Source: Eubacteriales bacterium
GTDB lineage: Bacteria; Bacillota; Clostridia; Oscillospirales; CAG-272
Assembly (NCBI GenBank): GCA_045542275.1
Contig: JAZQKP010000031.1
Coordinates: forward strand, 41,820 to 105,819
Direction of reading: 5' to 3'
Length of the DNA stretch: 64,000 bases
Below the pieces are notes generated by a model, which was given only the letters and a program-made list of their open reading frames with translations, was not told where the DNA came from and did no database searches. Within the stretch, counting starts at the first letter, position 1; each line of letters opens with the position of its first letter. The position numbers were made by a program, and so were the translations under genes. Shown here one piece after another: positions 47,915-57,069 of this stretch.

Positions 47915-48616
47915 TTAAATTTTTGCTTCTATCTCTTTTTTTAGTCTTTTCATTATCTTTTTTTCAAGTCTAGATATATAAGATTGGGATATTCCCAGCT
48001 CATCTGCAACCTCTTTTTGTGTTTTTTCTTTATATCCGTTAAGCCCGAATCTCATATTTACAATCACTTGTTCTCTTTTATTAAGCTTAGCTACCGCCTC
48101 GGCAATTATTTTTTTATCCTCAGTTTCTTCAATATTCTTATAAACTGCATCCTCATCTGTACCTAAAATATCTGACAAAAGAAGCTCGTTACCGTCCCAA
48201 TCCGTATTTAATGGCTCATCAATTGATACTTCTACATGTCGATTGCAGCTTTTTCTTATGTACATAAGTATCTCATTCTCGATACATCTGGATGCATATG
48301 TTGCTAATTTAATATTTTTATCAGATTTATAAGAATTTATAGCCTTTATAAGACCAATTGTGCCAATAGAAATTAAATCCTCAATCCCAACTCCTGTATT
48401 TTCGAATTTTTTTGCAATATAAACCACCAAACGCAGATTATGTTCTATAAGAAGTTCATTTTTACTTGGGTCCTTTTCAAGCTCTGCTATTGCCTTCGCT
48501 TCCTCCTCCGGTGTAAGAGGTGGTGGAAGCATATCAGGACCGTTTATATAGTATAATTCGTTCTTAGCGAATATTGATAAAATTACATTCTTAATTTTTT
48601 CAAAAAACTTAATCAT
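47915..48616 (-). CDS. sigE: Sporulation sigma factor SigE (pro-sigma-E)
   Basis: 233 aa. Pro-sequence and junction [18 protein letters not shown], then [12 protein letters not shown]..., [19 protein letters not shown]. It lies directly after spoIIGA. Confidence 0.9.
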   Translation of the reverse strand: MIKFFEKIKNVILSIFAKNELYYINGPDMLPPPLTPEEEAKAIAELEKDPSKNELLIEHNLRLVVYIAKKFENTGVGIEDLISIGTIGLIKAINSYKSDKNIKLATYASRCIENEILMYIRKSCNRHVEVSIDEPLNTDWDGNELLLSDILGTDEDAVYKNIEETEDKKIIAEAVAKLNKREQVIVNMRFGLNGYKEKTQKEVADELGISQSYISRLEKKIMKRLKKEIEAKI

Positions 48617-48624
48617 ATTCTCCT

Positions 48625-49419
48625 CTATAAAAGTGAAGTTGATATACAGCCCTCATATCCTCCAAAATCCTTATTTTCTACAGGGGCTATCACCGCACTT
48701 ACCTCATTGTTATTGATTTTAATATATTCCGGCACAATTCCCTTAAGTATTCCCTTTCCTGTTGATGTGTTATAAGGAATATACCTTTTATAAATATCCT
48801 CTATCTGTTCTATTATCTTTCCCAGGCGTGTAGTTTTTGATATCAAAATTACTTTTTTACCACTTAACGGATCAATTAATAAATTCCCTGAATCACACAG
48901 TAAATTTACATTATGTATTCCGTTATTAAAGCCTATTTCAGCAACTACAGATTTTATGTTTTTCTCTTTTGAAAAAGCTCTGCTAAATACAATTGCGACA
49001 AGCATAGCAAGTGTTGATATTATGAAAAATCTTGCCCTATTATAAACCTTTACGTATGAATGGTCTGATATATATTCTTTTAGTATTTTATTTAAGAATG
49101 AATAAAACACACTCATAAAGCCTGCAAGGGCTGCACTTATTCCAAAAAAGATTATGTACATTGACAAAAATTTTCGCAATCTGTTGCCCGAAAAATTAAT
49201 TACACACATTATAAATGAAACAGCTATATTAATAATCAAAGAAGCATATATGTTTATTTCATACAGTACACTGAATACACCGTATATTCCACCTATAATA
49301 GATGAAAGCATTATTTTTTTCTTATCTATTTTTTTGTTCAGCAACATTAATGTTATAAACATAGAAATAAAATCCATACTAAAATTTATTGCAAAAAGTA
49401 TGTCTGCGTAAACAATCAA
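48625..49419 (-). CDS. spoIIGA: Sigma-E processing peptidase SpoIIGA
   Basis: 264 aa. N-terminal polytopic membrane domain ([17 protein letters not shown]...) and a C-terminal aspartic-protease-like region ([14 protein letters not shown]). TTG start with AAGGAGG 7 nt upstream. Confidence 0.85.
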   Translation of the reverse strand: MIVYADILFAINFSMDFISMFITLMLLNKKIDKKKIMLSSIIGGIYGVFSVLYEINIYASLIINIAVSFIMCVINFSGNRLRKFLSMYIIFFGISAALAGFMSVFYSFLNKILKEYISDHSYVKVYNRARFFIISTLAMLVAIVFSRAFSKEKNIKSVVAEIGFNNGIHNVNLLCDSGNLLIDPLSGKKVILISKTTRLGKIIEQIEDIYKRYIPYNTSTGKGILKGIVPEYIKINNNEVSAVIAPVENKDFGGYEGCISTSLL

Positions 49420-49440
49420 TCAAACACCTCCTTTTCTTGA

Positions 49441-49474
49441 ATTATAATTCTTTACAAAGAAAAAAATTGTCGTA
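49441..49474 (-). promoter_or_regulatory. Candidate Spo0A-activated spoIIGA-sigE promoter
   Basis: On the minus strand: TATAAT (49446-49441). A -35-like ACGACA lies 21 nt upstream instead of 17. It overlaps a 0A-box-like heptamer (plus strand TGTCGTA, 49468-49474; 6 of 7 matches to TGTCGAA). Confidence 0.3.
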
Positions 49475-49600
49475 TTTAAAATCAAAAATTAAAAAAGTTA
49501 TGACAGATTTCAACAATATTTGTTATTCTACTTGAATTTTAACCTTATAAAATGGTAAAATAAATTAATAAAAAAATATTTAACAGTTAGGAATTTAGAA

Positions 49601-50026
49601 ATGAAGAAAATTATTTCAATAGTATTAATTTTAATTTTTGTATTTACATTCGTGTCCTGTGAAAAGGAAGAAGTAGATTATGACCTTACAAAAATGTCAA
49701 AGCACAGCGCCATAGATTTTATAATCGCAATGGCAGAAAACAACGAAAGTAATAAGGGACAGGTCGTAAAAATCTCCGGTAAATTCAACGTTTATGAAGA
49801 AGGTGGAATGAGATATTTTATGGTGACCTTAGTAGATTCGGAGCACGGTCATACACAAGCCTTGGAATTTGTTTTAGATGGCGATTACACTTATCCTGAT
49901 GATTATCCATCTATCGGTACAAATATTATTGTTACAGGTACATTTAATACTTATATCGAAGACGGAAATACATATTGCTTCCTAGATAAAGCATCAATTG
50001 AAATTCCTGTTATTGTTATGGATTAA
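49601..50026 (+). CDS. Small lipoprotein, function unknown
   Basis: 141 aa. Signal peptide plus lipobox (MKKIISIVLILIFVFTFVSC). I recognise no family. Confidence 0.6.
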   Translation: MKKIISIVLILIFVFTFVSCEKEEVDYDLTKMSKHSAIDFIIAMAENNESNKGQVVKISGKFNVYEEGGMRYFMVTLVDSEHGHTQALEFVLDGDYTYPDDYPSIGTNIIVTGTFNTYIEDGNTYCFLDKASIEIPVIVMD

Positions 50027-50028
50027 TT

Positions 50029-50063
50029 AAAAAGCGCTGAACAGTTTTGTTCAGCGCTTTTTA
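50029..50063. terminator. Bidirectional terminator (lipoprotein / regulator)
   Basis: AAGCGCTGAAC / GTTCAGCGCTT (50032-50042 / 50049-50059), flanked by A- and T-runs. Confidence 0.75.
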
Positions 50064-50732
50064 TCCTTGTATACTAAAAATATTGTGCTTTTGATTATAT
50101 AACTCTGTAGATATCCCCGTAACAGTCACCATTTCATACCCAAGAGTACGCTTGTATATGAGCCTTTCTCTGTATTCTCTTTTACATTTTCGATTAATGC
50201 ACTTAACATAAGAAACAAAGGTATCTTCTTTTATCCTGCCATTAAAATGCAAATATTCAAATATTTCATAAATAGGAAATACTTTTCCTACGTTATACAA
50301 GAAAAATTTCAAAACCTTGTATTCTCTTTCCTTTAGATAAAGTCTTTCCAATGTATATATAACATCCTTTTCACTATCCAAAAGCATTACATGATTTATT
50401 TTATCCGTCTTTAAATCATAACCGTAATAATTCTTTATTTCTTCTTTTATTTCATCAGAGCTAACCATTCCGTCAGCCTTATATATTCTTTTTAAATCAG
50501 TCCTTACATCATTATTACGTTGAGTTTTATTTACTACAATAATATGTGTATTCAAAGATGATTTGATTTTCAAAAGAAAGTCCCTGGATGGATCAACAAG
50601 TAATGTAACCAAAGGCTTAGTATACATTTCAAAATCTTCATACCCTATGCACATAGACGGAAGACCATCATACCTAAAATATCTTGATAGCTTTTCTCTT
50701 CTATAGCTATTTGAATCAACTACTAAAATCAT
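50061..50732 (-). CDS. Atypical OmpR/PhoB-type regulator with a degenerate receiver-like N-domain, no cognate kinase nearby
   Basis: 223 aa. The C-terminus fits the OmpR wHTH pattern (LKEREYKVLKFFLYNVGKVFPIYEIFEYL....IKEDTFVSYVKCINRKCK...RTLGYEM). The N-terminus MILVVDSN...LVTLLVDPS is receiver-like, but DS replaces the DD/DE pair and the conserved T and KP positions are not evident. Confidence 0.6.
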   Translation of the reverse strand: MILVVDSNSYRREKLSRYFRYDGLPSMCIGYEDFEMYTKPLVTLLVDPSRDFLLKIKSSLNTHIIVVNKTQRNNDVRTDLKRIYKADGMVSSDEIKEEIKNYYGYDLKTDKINHVMLLDSEKDVIYTLERLYLKEREYKVLKFFLYNVGKVFPIYEIFEYLHFNGRIKEDTFVSYVKCINRKCKREYRERLIYKRTLGYEMVTVTGISTELYNQKHNIFSIQG

Positions 50733-50811
50733 TTTTCACCTTAAAAGTAATATTTTTGTGAGCTTGGAAATATGAATATAACAAACAATAACGCAAAAGA
50801 GGAGAAAATCA

Positions 50812-51306
50812 ATGTTTGTATATTCTATGAGGGCATCAACCCTTAAATTTTTTGGAGTAATAGGTGTTGCGCTAATTGTTCTGGCTGCCCTTGTATTTTT
50901 AATTCCCTCATACACATCAGACACTACAGCTGATATCGCAGCAATGAACGAAAAAATTTCCTTTGATAATGTGAAGAATGCAGATGACGGAATAAAATTT
51001 TTATCTCAATACGGTTGGCAAACAGATGCCACTCCTGTTGAAGAATGTGAAATAACTATTCCAAAGGAATTTGACAAGGTACTTACATCCTACAATGAGA
51101 TACAAAAGCAGCAGGGGCTTGACCTTACAAAGTATGGAAAAAAGGTTGCAAAGCGTTATACCTTTATAGTAACAAATTATCCGGAATACAACGGTACAGT
51201 CTATGCCAACATAATTGTATATCACGATAGGGTTATTGCAGGAGATATTTGCTCTGCTGATGCTAAAGGATTTATACATACTCTTGTGATGCCGTCTGTC
51301 GACTAA
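50812..51306 (+). CDS. Membrane-anchored DUF4830-like protein
   Basis: 164 aa with an N-terminal TM helix. LSQYGWQTDATPVEECEITIPKEFDKVLTSYNEIQKQQGLDLTKYGKKVAKRYTFIVTNYP...ANIIVYHDRVIAGDICS matches the DUF4830 pattern as I recall it. Confidence 0.55.
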   Translation: MFVYSMRASTLKFFGVIGVALIVLAALVFLIPSYTSDTTADIAAMNEKISFDNVKNADDGIKFLSQYGWQTDATPVEECEITIPKEFDKVLTSYNEIQKQQGLDLTKYGKKVAKRYTFIVTNYPEYNGTVYANIIVYHDRVIAGDICSADAKGFIHTLVMPSVD

Positions 51307-51327
51307 TTTTATCATATAAAAGCAACA

Positions 51328-51352
51328 AAAGCAAGGTATTTCCTTGCTTTTT
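51328..51352 (+). terminator. Probable terminator after the DUF4830 gene
   Basis: AAAGCAAGG / CCTTGCTTT (51328-51336 / 51342-51350) followed by TTGTTCTTTT. Confidence 0.55.
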
Positions 51353-51401
51353 GTTCTTTTGATTATCATTTATGAATAAAGTAATAAAAAGGAGATGTAA
51401 A

Positions 51402-52322
51402 ATGAAAATTCAAATAAATCATACTTTAAAGAAGGACAAACATATTGAATATATTCTTTCTAAATTACCATCTAAAATCAGTCACTTTATAAATCAATAT
51501 TTGAAAGAATATCCACAATTGAAAATTGATGAAATAAGGTTACATTCAAACTCGTTTATGAACCTTATAACATCTTTTAAAACCATAAGAACTGATCTTT
51601 TTATTACTGAAGATGATATACTTGAGACATCCAGCCTACTTTGCTCAGATTCCATATATTCTCATTTTGATACAATAAAAAATGGATACATTAACGTTGG
51701 AAATGGCATTAGGGCCGGAATATGTGGAAAAGCAACAATCCAAAGTGGTCAGATAACAGGCATAAAAGATTTTTCCTCCATAAATATCAGAATGCCTAAA
51801 AGAATATATCATGCAGGAGATTATGTTTTTGATCTTTTTCAAAAGAACAATTATAAATGCTCTGTTTTGCTTTATTCTCCTCCGGGTGTTGGTAAAACAA
51901 CTATTTTAAGAGAGCTTGTATATAGATTGTCTACTCTTTCTAATCCCATAAGATTAAGTGTTATTGATAGCCGTGAGGAAATACTATCGGGATTAGAAAT
52001 AAATGCTTCCCTAGATTTATATCTTTCATATCCTAAGGGTGAAGCAATAAATCTTGCAACCAGAACCATGACTCCAGAGCTAATTGTATGTGATGAAATT
52101 ACTACAAGGGAAGAAGCTATTGCCGTTTTAAACTCTGTAAACTGCGGTGTTAACATAATTGCTACCACACATGCATCATCATTCAATGAATTAAATGCAA
52201 AGGAGCAAATTTTACCTTTGATTAATAATAAGGTTTTTGATTATGCAATAGGAATTTCTAGAGATATTGGAGCAACAAGATATAAATTTACATTAAATTC
52301 TTTAAAGGAATGCTTGGTATGA
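51402..52322 (+). CDS. spoIIIAA: Stage III sporulation protein AA (AAA-type ATPase)
   Basis: ~306 aa. Walker A SPPGVGKTT and Walker B-like LIVCDEI. First gene of an eight-gene spoIIIA-type operon. AGGAGA lies 6 nt before ATG 51402. Confidence 0.9.
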   Translation: MKIQINHTLKKDKHIEYILSKLPSKISHFINQYLKEYPQLKIDEIRLHSNSFMNLITSFKTIRTDLFITEDDILETSSLLCSDSIYSHFDTIKNGYINVGNGIRAGICGKATIQSGQITGIKDFSSINIRMPKRIYHAGDYVFDLFQKNNYKCSVLLYSPPGVGKTTILRELVYRLSTLSNPIRLSVIDSREEILSGLEINASLDLYLSYPKGEAINLATRTMTPELIVCDEITTREEAIAVLNSVNCGVNIIATTHASSFNELNAKEQILPLINNKVFDYAIGISRDIGATRYKFTLNSLKECLV

Positions 52323-52762
52323 AATACTTAGGCTCTGTGCTTATTCTGTGCGCTTGCATATGTTTTTCATTTTTCTATGAAATAAAAGAAAAGAATAAAA
52401 TTGAAAATCTTAAAAAAATTCGTGATTTTATAAATTTCATAAAAATTAAAATTGATTTTTTTCTTACTCCTCAAAATCAGCTTTTTTCAGAATATAATTG
52501 CAAGCTTATAAATGAGCTTTATAATAAAAATTTTGATAACCTAGATGTATATTTTGATAAAGAAACCGCACTATTTCTTGATGATTATTTTAAAAATCTT
52601 GGAAAAGGATTAAAGGACGAGGAGATTTCCAGGTGTAAATATACTTTAGCAAAGCTAAATGAAATTATAACAAAATATGAAAATGAGCTTCCAAATAAAA
52701 TAAAAGTGGTACGCACACTTGCAATATTTGGTGGAGCATGTGTTATTTTACTTATTATTTAG
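52319..52762 (+). CDS. spoIIIAB: Stage III sporulation protein AB
   Basis: ~147 aa with an N-terminal and a C-terminal TM helix. Second position in the operon. ATGA start/stop overlap with spoIIIAA. Confidence 0.8.
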   Translation: MKYLGSVLILCACICFSFFYEIKEKNKIENLKKIRDFINFIKIKIDFFLTPQNQLFSEYNCKLINELYNKNFDNLDVYFDKETALFLDDYFKNLGKGLKDEEISRCKYTLAKLNEIITKYENELPNKIKVVRTLAIFGGACVILLII

Positions 52763-52770
52763 GAGTTTAA

Positions 52771-52965
52771 ATGGATATATCTCTTATTTTAAAGATCACG
52801 GGCATCGGAATTCTTATATCCGTTGCCTGTCAAATTCTAAACAAAAGTGGACGAGATGAACAAGCTACTCTGCTTTCAATAGGTGGCATTATACTTGTAA
52901 TGCTTATTATACTTTCTGAGCTTGATGTTTTCTTTAATACATTATCAAAAATATTTGGCATTTGA
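52771..52965 (+). CDS. spoIIIAC: Stage III sporulation protein AC
   Basis: 64 aa with two TM helices. ILKITGIGILISVACQILNKSGRDEQA resembles B. subtilis SpoIIIAC. Confidence 0.9.
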   Translation: MDISLILKITGIGILISVACQILNKSGRDEQATLLSIGGIILVMLIILSELDVFFNTLSKIFGI

Positions 52966-52966
52966 T

Positions 52967-53356
52967 ATGGAAATTATTAAGGTTTGCGGGATTACTGTCT
53001 GTATTCTTAGTATTTGTATGATTTTCAAGCATATGAAGGACGAGTATTCTCTTTTTCTAAGAATACTTGTAACTGTGGGAATATCTATTTTTTCTATTGC
53101 AATTTTTTATCCAATACTTAAATATATTGAGGAAATTTCCTATGGCTCATCTGTAAATGCATATATACCTATTCTAATCAAGGCTCTCGGAATAGCTATG
53201 ATGATACAAATTACATCAGATATATGTAAGGACTGTGGAGAGGGTGCTATTGCTCAAAGGGTTGAAATGGCGGGTAAGGCAGAAATACTAATTTTATCCT
53301 TACCGATCATTAAAGATATTTTTTCATTATGCCAAAGTATCTTGGAGGGATTATGA
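52967..53356 (+). CDS. spoIIIAD: Stage III sporulation protein AD
   Basis: 129 aa from ATG 52967. DCGEGAIAQRVEMAGKAEILILSLPII matches the SpoIIIAD conserved C-terminal block. The ORF-track start at 52922 overlaps spoIIIAC. Confidence 0.9.
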   Translation: MEIIKVCGITVCILSICMIFKHMKDEYSLFLRILVTVGISIFSIAIFYPILKYIEEISYGSSVNAYIPILIKALGIAMMIQITSDICKDCGEGAIAQRVEMAGKAEILILSLPIIKDIFSLCQSILEGL

Positions 53357-54480
53357 AAAAATTTATTATATATTTTTTAATTATAATTTGTCTAACAGTT
53401 CCAATACAAGCAGATGAACCCATTGATGATATAACATCTTCGATTGAAGACGAAATGAAGGATTTTGAAGACTCTCTACCCGAATACGTTAAGGAAATTT
53501 TACCTTCAGAGCTCTTTAAGGGTGATTATTCATCACTAATTAAAGGAGAAATAAACCAAACCACTTTTATAAAATCAGTTGTAGATTTTATACTTGCCGA
53601 TTTACCAAATGTATTACAGTCTATGTCTGTTATTATGATTATTGTAATAATATCATCTGTTTTTAATACAATGACAAGTAGCCTTAATTCTGAAGCATTA
53701 AAAAATTCTTATTCCTTTTGCTCCTCTCTTTGTATTTCAATCACCATATTCAGTATGGTTAGTTCAATGCTCAAAGCAGCTATTTCATACATGAAAACCT
53801 TATGTACTGCTATGAATGCATTTGCGCCAGTACTGACTGTAATGCACATAATGAGCGGAAACATCTCATCAGCTGCCTTAGGTAATGCTTCTATGTTAAT
53901 GTTTATATCCTTAATTGAAAATGTCCTTATTAAAATACTTATGCCAATTGTCAGCGTGTGTCTCTGTTTTTCTCTTATCAAGGCAATTAGTGGAAATATA
54001 GATGTTAGTGGGATAAGTAAATTTATAAGAAATTCTTTTGTAACCATAACAGTTTTTACTATGATGATATTCTCTTTTGTATTTTCTTTTCAAAATGTGC
54101 TAACACAAAGCGCTGATTCACTATCTATGAAAACAGCTAAATTTGCTATAGGTAGCTTTATCCCTATTGTCGGTTCGTCAATCGGGGACGCATTACGTAC
54201 GGTTACAGCAAGTATTGCACTTGTAAAAAATTCGTGTGGAATTATAGCTGTTATTTGCGTTGTTCTTCTTACTCTTCCGATTGTGGTATCCTTTTATTTA
54301 CATAAGCTTTCCTTGGATATATGTTCTTCTCTATCAAATATAATTGGCTGTAACAAAGAAAGCTCTGTAATTGCAGATGCATCGGGAATATGCTCCTTTA
54401 TGCTTGCACTGGTAGCATGTACTGCTGTATTTTTTATATTCGCATTAACAATATTTATAAAAACAACGGTAGGTGTATAA
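53353..54480 (+). CDS. spoIIIAE: Stage III sporulation protein AE
   Basis: ~375 aa with a signal peptide then a polytopic membrane domain. Fifth position in the operon. There is a 4-nt overlap with spoIIIAD. Confidence 0.9.
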   Translation: MKKFIIYFLIIICLTVPIQADEPIDDITSSIEDEMKDFEDSLPEYVKEILPSELFKGDYSSLIKGEINQTTFIKSVVDFILADLPNVLQSMSVIMIIVIISSVFNTMTSSLNSEALKNSYSFCSSLCISITIFSMVSSMLKAAISYMKTLCTAMNAFAPVLTVMHIMSGNISSAALGNASMLMFISLIENVLIKILMPIVSVCLCFSLIKAISGNIDVSGISKFIRNSFVTITVFTMMIFSFVFSFQNVLTQSADSLSMKTAKFAIGSFIPIVGSSIGDALRTVTASIALVKNSCGIIAVICVVLLTLPIVVSFYLHKLSLDICSSLSNIIGCNKESSVIADASGICSFMLALVACTAVFFIFALTIFIKTTVGV

Positions 54481-54968
54481 TGAAAAGGTATCTTTATACA
54501 ATTCTACTTTTATCATTGATAATAGGAATAATCAGCTCTTTTATTTCAGATACAAGTAACGGAACAAAGAAATATATTAATTACTTGATGGGCTTAATTA
54601 TGGTTATTACAATCCTTATGCCATTTAAAAATATGGCAGCAGGAATACTAAATCTAAATGAATATATAAATGATTTTTTTACAAACATTAAAACGGAACA
54701 AATAATAGATGAATCTAACTCGGTTATTATAAACTCCAGCAAGGAAAATATATCAAATGGGCTTAAAAAAGCTTTAATCAGCAAATTTGGATTTAGTGAA
54801 AAGGATATTTATGTTTCTATTGATACTGATGAAACTGAAATCTCAGCCATTAAACTAACAGGAGTTAATATTATTATGACGAATAATGCATCATGGTCAA
54901 ACGTTGATGAGGTGCAAAAATATATGGAAAATCTAGTGGGGGTAAGGGTAAGTGTCACAAGAAAATAA
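54480..54968 (+). CDS. spoIIIAF: Stage III sporulation protein AF
   Basis: ~162 aa with two N-terminal TM helices plus a soluble domain. ATG 54480 overlaps the spoIIIAE stop (TAATG). Confidence 0.75.
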   Translation: MKRYLYTILLLSLIIGIISSFISDTSNGTKKYINYLMGLIMVITILMPFKNMAAGILNLNEYINDFFTNIKTEQIIDESNSVIINSSKENISNGLKKALISKFGFSEKDIYVSIDTDETEISAIKLTGVNIIMTNNASWSNVDEVQKYMENLVGVRVSVTRK

Positions 54969-55356
54969 AATTACACTAAGAAAGAAATGGCTCATTATAT
55001 CACTTATTGTAATTGGAATTTTACTTATATTTTCAAGCTCCTTTTCCTTCGAAAATAATTCAAGCAAATCAAAAGAATACATAGAGGAAACAGAAGCTAA
55101 GCTTGAGGAATTTCTTTTAAATGTAGAAGGAATACGTAAGGTAAAGGTCATTATAACACTTGAAAGTTCAATTGAAGCAGAAGAAAATAATGGGTATTAT
55201 AACAAAACAGATAATACACTTCCATATGTCAGAGGGGTTGTTGTTGCATGTAGCAACGGTAGTGACGATAAGATTAAAACTGAGGTTACCGAAATAGTAT
55301 CAAAATATTTAGGTATAGGAGCGAACAAAGTTAAAATAACAGATATCAAAAGGTAA
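54952..55356 (+). CDS. spoIIIAG: Stage III sporulation protein AG (short form)
   Basis: 134 aa with a GTG start, an N-terminal TM helix and the C-terminal block VRGVVVACSNGSDDKIKTEVTEIVSKYLGIGANKV typical of SpoIIIAG. Confidence 0.75.
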   Translation: MSQENKITLRKKWLIISLIVIGILLIFSSSFSFENNSSKSKEYIEETEAKLEEFLLNVEGIRKVKVIITLESSIEAEENNGYYNKTDNTLPYVRGVVVACSNGSDDKIKTEVTEIVSKYLGIGANKVKITDIKR

Positions 55357-55413
55357 TAATTACGTATGAACAACAATATAATGTAGTGTAACAAATTAAT
55401 AGGAGAAATAACT

Positions 55414-55974
55414 ATGGAAAACGAGAAAAACAGCAAAATTAAATCATTCTTTAAAAAATTCGGTGTGCGTAATCTTGTAATTTTATGTGCAATTTTAATT
55501 ATAGGCGGCGCAATTGGAGTGAATTATCTTCTCTATCCCGAAGCACCTACAAATCCAGACCAGGATGTGGATATTGACCTTGGCGATACAGACCTTAACG
55601 ATACACTTAACAATGACAGCGCTACATCCAATTATTTTGCACAAACCGTACTCAGCCGTCAACAAGCTAGAGATGAAGCAATCGAGGTATTACAGAGTGT
55701 TGCACAGAGCGATTCTGCTCTTCCCGAGGCTGTAGAGGCTGCCCTTGCAGACATTGCACAGATTGCCGAGGATATTGAGGCAGAATCAAAGATAGAAACT
55801 CTTGTAAAGGCTAAAGGACTTGAGGATTGCATAGCGGTTATAAGCGATGGCAATGCTACAGTTATTGTTAAGACAGAGGGCTTACTTGCCAGTCAGGTAG
55901 CACAGATTAACGAGATTGTTTATGAGCAAAGTGGTATATTACCCACAAACTTAAAAATTGTTGAGAAAAAGTAA
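55414..55974 (+). CDS. spoIIIAH: Stage III sporulation protein AH
   Basis: 186 aa with an N-terminal TM helix. FAQTVLSRQQARDEAIEVLQ...ETLVKAKGLEDCIAVISDGNATVIV matches the SpoIIIAH (YscJ/FliF-like) pattern. Confidence 0.75.
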   Translation: MENEKNSKIKSFFKKFGVRNLVILCAILIIGGAIGVNYLLYPEAPTNPDQDVDIDLGDTDLNDTLNNDSATSNYFAQTVLSRQQARDEAIEVLQSVAQSDSALPEAVEAALADIAQIAEDIEAESKIETLVKAKGLEDCIAVISDGNATVIVKTEGLLASQVAQINEIVYEQSGILPTNLKIVEKK

Positions 55975-55984
55975 TACATATAAG

Positions 55985-56016
55985 ACGGATACTACCTGTA
56001 TCCGTTTTATTTTTTC
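55985..56016 (+). terminator. Intrinsic terminator ending the spoIIIA operon
   Basis: ACGGATAC / GTATCCGT (55985-55992 / 55998-56005) followed by TTTTATTTTTT. Confidence 0.8.
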
Positions 56017-56043
56017 TTTAATAAAGGTTTTTAGTTAAATTCC

Positions 56044-56072
56044 TTGACATTTACTTTAAAATATAGTAAAAT
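56044..56072 (+). promoter_or_regulatory. Sigma-A promoter for the 92-aa orphan gene
   Basis: TTGACA (56044-56049), 17 nt, TAAAAT (56067-56072). Confidence 0.55.
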
Positions 56073-56106
56073 GATTCATAATAGATAAAAGAAAGGCGGT
56101 CAATGT

Positions 56107-56385
56107 ATGGAAAAGAAAAGCTTTATTGAATACAAAGGTAAGCCCCTTGTTAGAGATGGAGATGTCCTTTACTACGGTTTTCCTAAGGACAAATATATAT
56201 TGAGACTTGATATATTTATGAAGGATGCGAACGATAATCCTACTATGGTTTTTGCAACTATCTGCCCTACTAATGATCCTAAAAAGATTGTTAAGCAGGT
56301 TGGTAAGAGTGGTATTTACGATTCTCTTGATGTAGGATCTATCTGGCTTGACCAGTGTATTAAGGAAAATCCCTTAAAATTATAA
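56107..56385 (+). CDS. Hypothetical cytoplasmic protein, 92 aa
   Basis: It has its own promoter, an RBS (AAAGGCGG) and a terminator. No TM segment or signal peptide, and I recognise no family. Confidence 0.5.
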   Translation: MEKKSFIEYKGKPLVRDGDVLYYGFPKDKYILRLDIFMKDANDNPTMVFATICPTNDPKKIVKQVGKSGIYDSLDVGSIWLDQCIKENPLKL

Positions 56386-56392
56386 AAAAATT

Positions 56393-56420
56393 AAAAGACG
56401 GACAAATGTCCGTCTTTTAT
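56393..56420. terminator. Bidirectional terminator (92-aa gene / marR)
   Basis: AGACGGACA / TGTCCGTCT (56396-56404 / 56407-56415), flanked by A- and T-runs. Confidence 0.75.
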
Positions 56421-56887
56421 TTTTCGTTTAACTCTTCTAGAAGATTATCCAGAACACTGTCAAGAACATTTATTGCCGATTTGATTTCTCTTGGTGAAAT
56501 ACCTTTTACTGATAAGATATCCTTTTCCTTTAGTGTCTTCTCTATACTATCATTGAAATTAATTCCCTTTTCTGTAAGAAAAATTCTGTAGGAACGTTTA
56601 TCAGCAGGATTATCTACTCTCTTAACAAATCCCATGCTTTCCATTTTATTAAGAGCAATACTAACAGTTGATCCTTTCATATGAGTTGCCTGAACAAGCT
56701 CAGACTGAGTCATACCGTCTTTAAATGATAGCATCATTAAAATAAGACGAGGTGTCTTGTCAGTAAAGAAAAGGTTTTCGGGGCATTTACTCATAATATC
56801 ATCAAAAACCTTTGATATTTCATTTATCACCATAAGCAAGGTTCTTTCCTTGCTGTTTCTAATTAATTCCTTAAAATCATTATCCAT
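56417..56887 (-). CDS. MarR family transcriptional regulator
   Basis: ~156 aa. LTQSELVQATHMKGSTVSIALNKMESMGFVKRVDNPADKRSYRIFLTEKG is a canonical MarR wHTH. GGAG lies 6 nt before ATG 56887. Confidence 0.8.
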   Translation of the reverse strand: MDNDFKELIRNSKERTLLMVINEISKVFDDIMSKCPENLFFTDKTPRLILMMLSFKDGMTQSELVQATHMKGSTVSIALNKMESMGFVKRVDNPADKRSYRIFLTEKGINFNDSIEKTLKEKDILSVKGISPREIKSAINVLDSVLDNLLEELNEK

Positions 56888-57069
56888 ATTTAGCTCCATT
56901 TTATTAGTTATCTAATTAAAATTATATATTAAAAAACCAAAATTGTCAATATATTTCTAACTATACTGATTTGGAATTTTATTAATATTTCTAATAATTT
57001 TGTTACACATAAATAACTATGAAAAAACACAAATTAAATGTGAATAAAATGAAAGGAATAAAACGATAA

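Noticed and set aside
56903-56916. ATTAG-TTAT-CTAAT inverted repeat just upstream of the marR start, as a candidate MarR operator.
   Set aside because: The arms are only 5 bp in very AT-rich sequence, so chance occurrence is likely. I noted it but do not call it.
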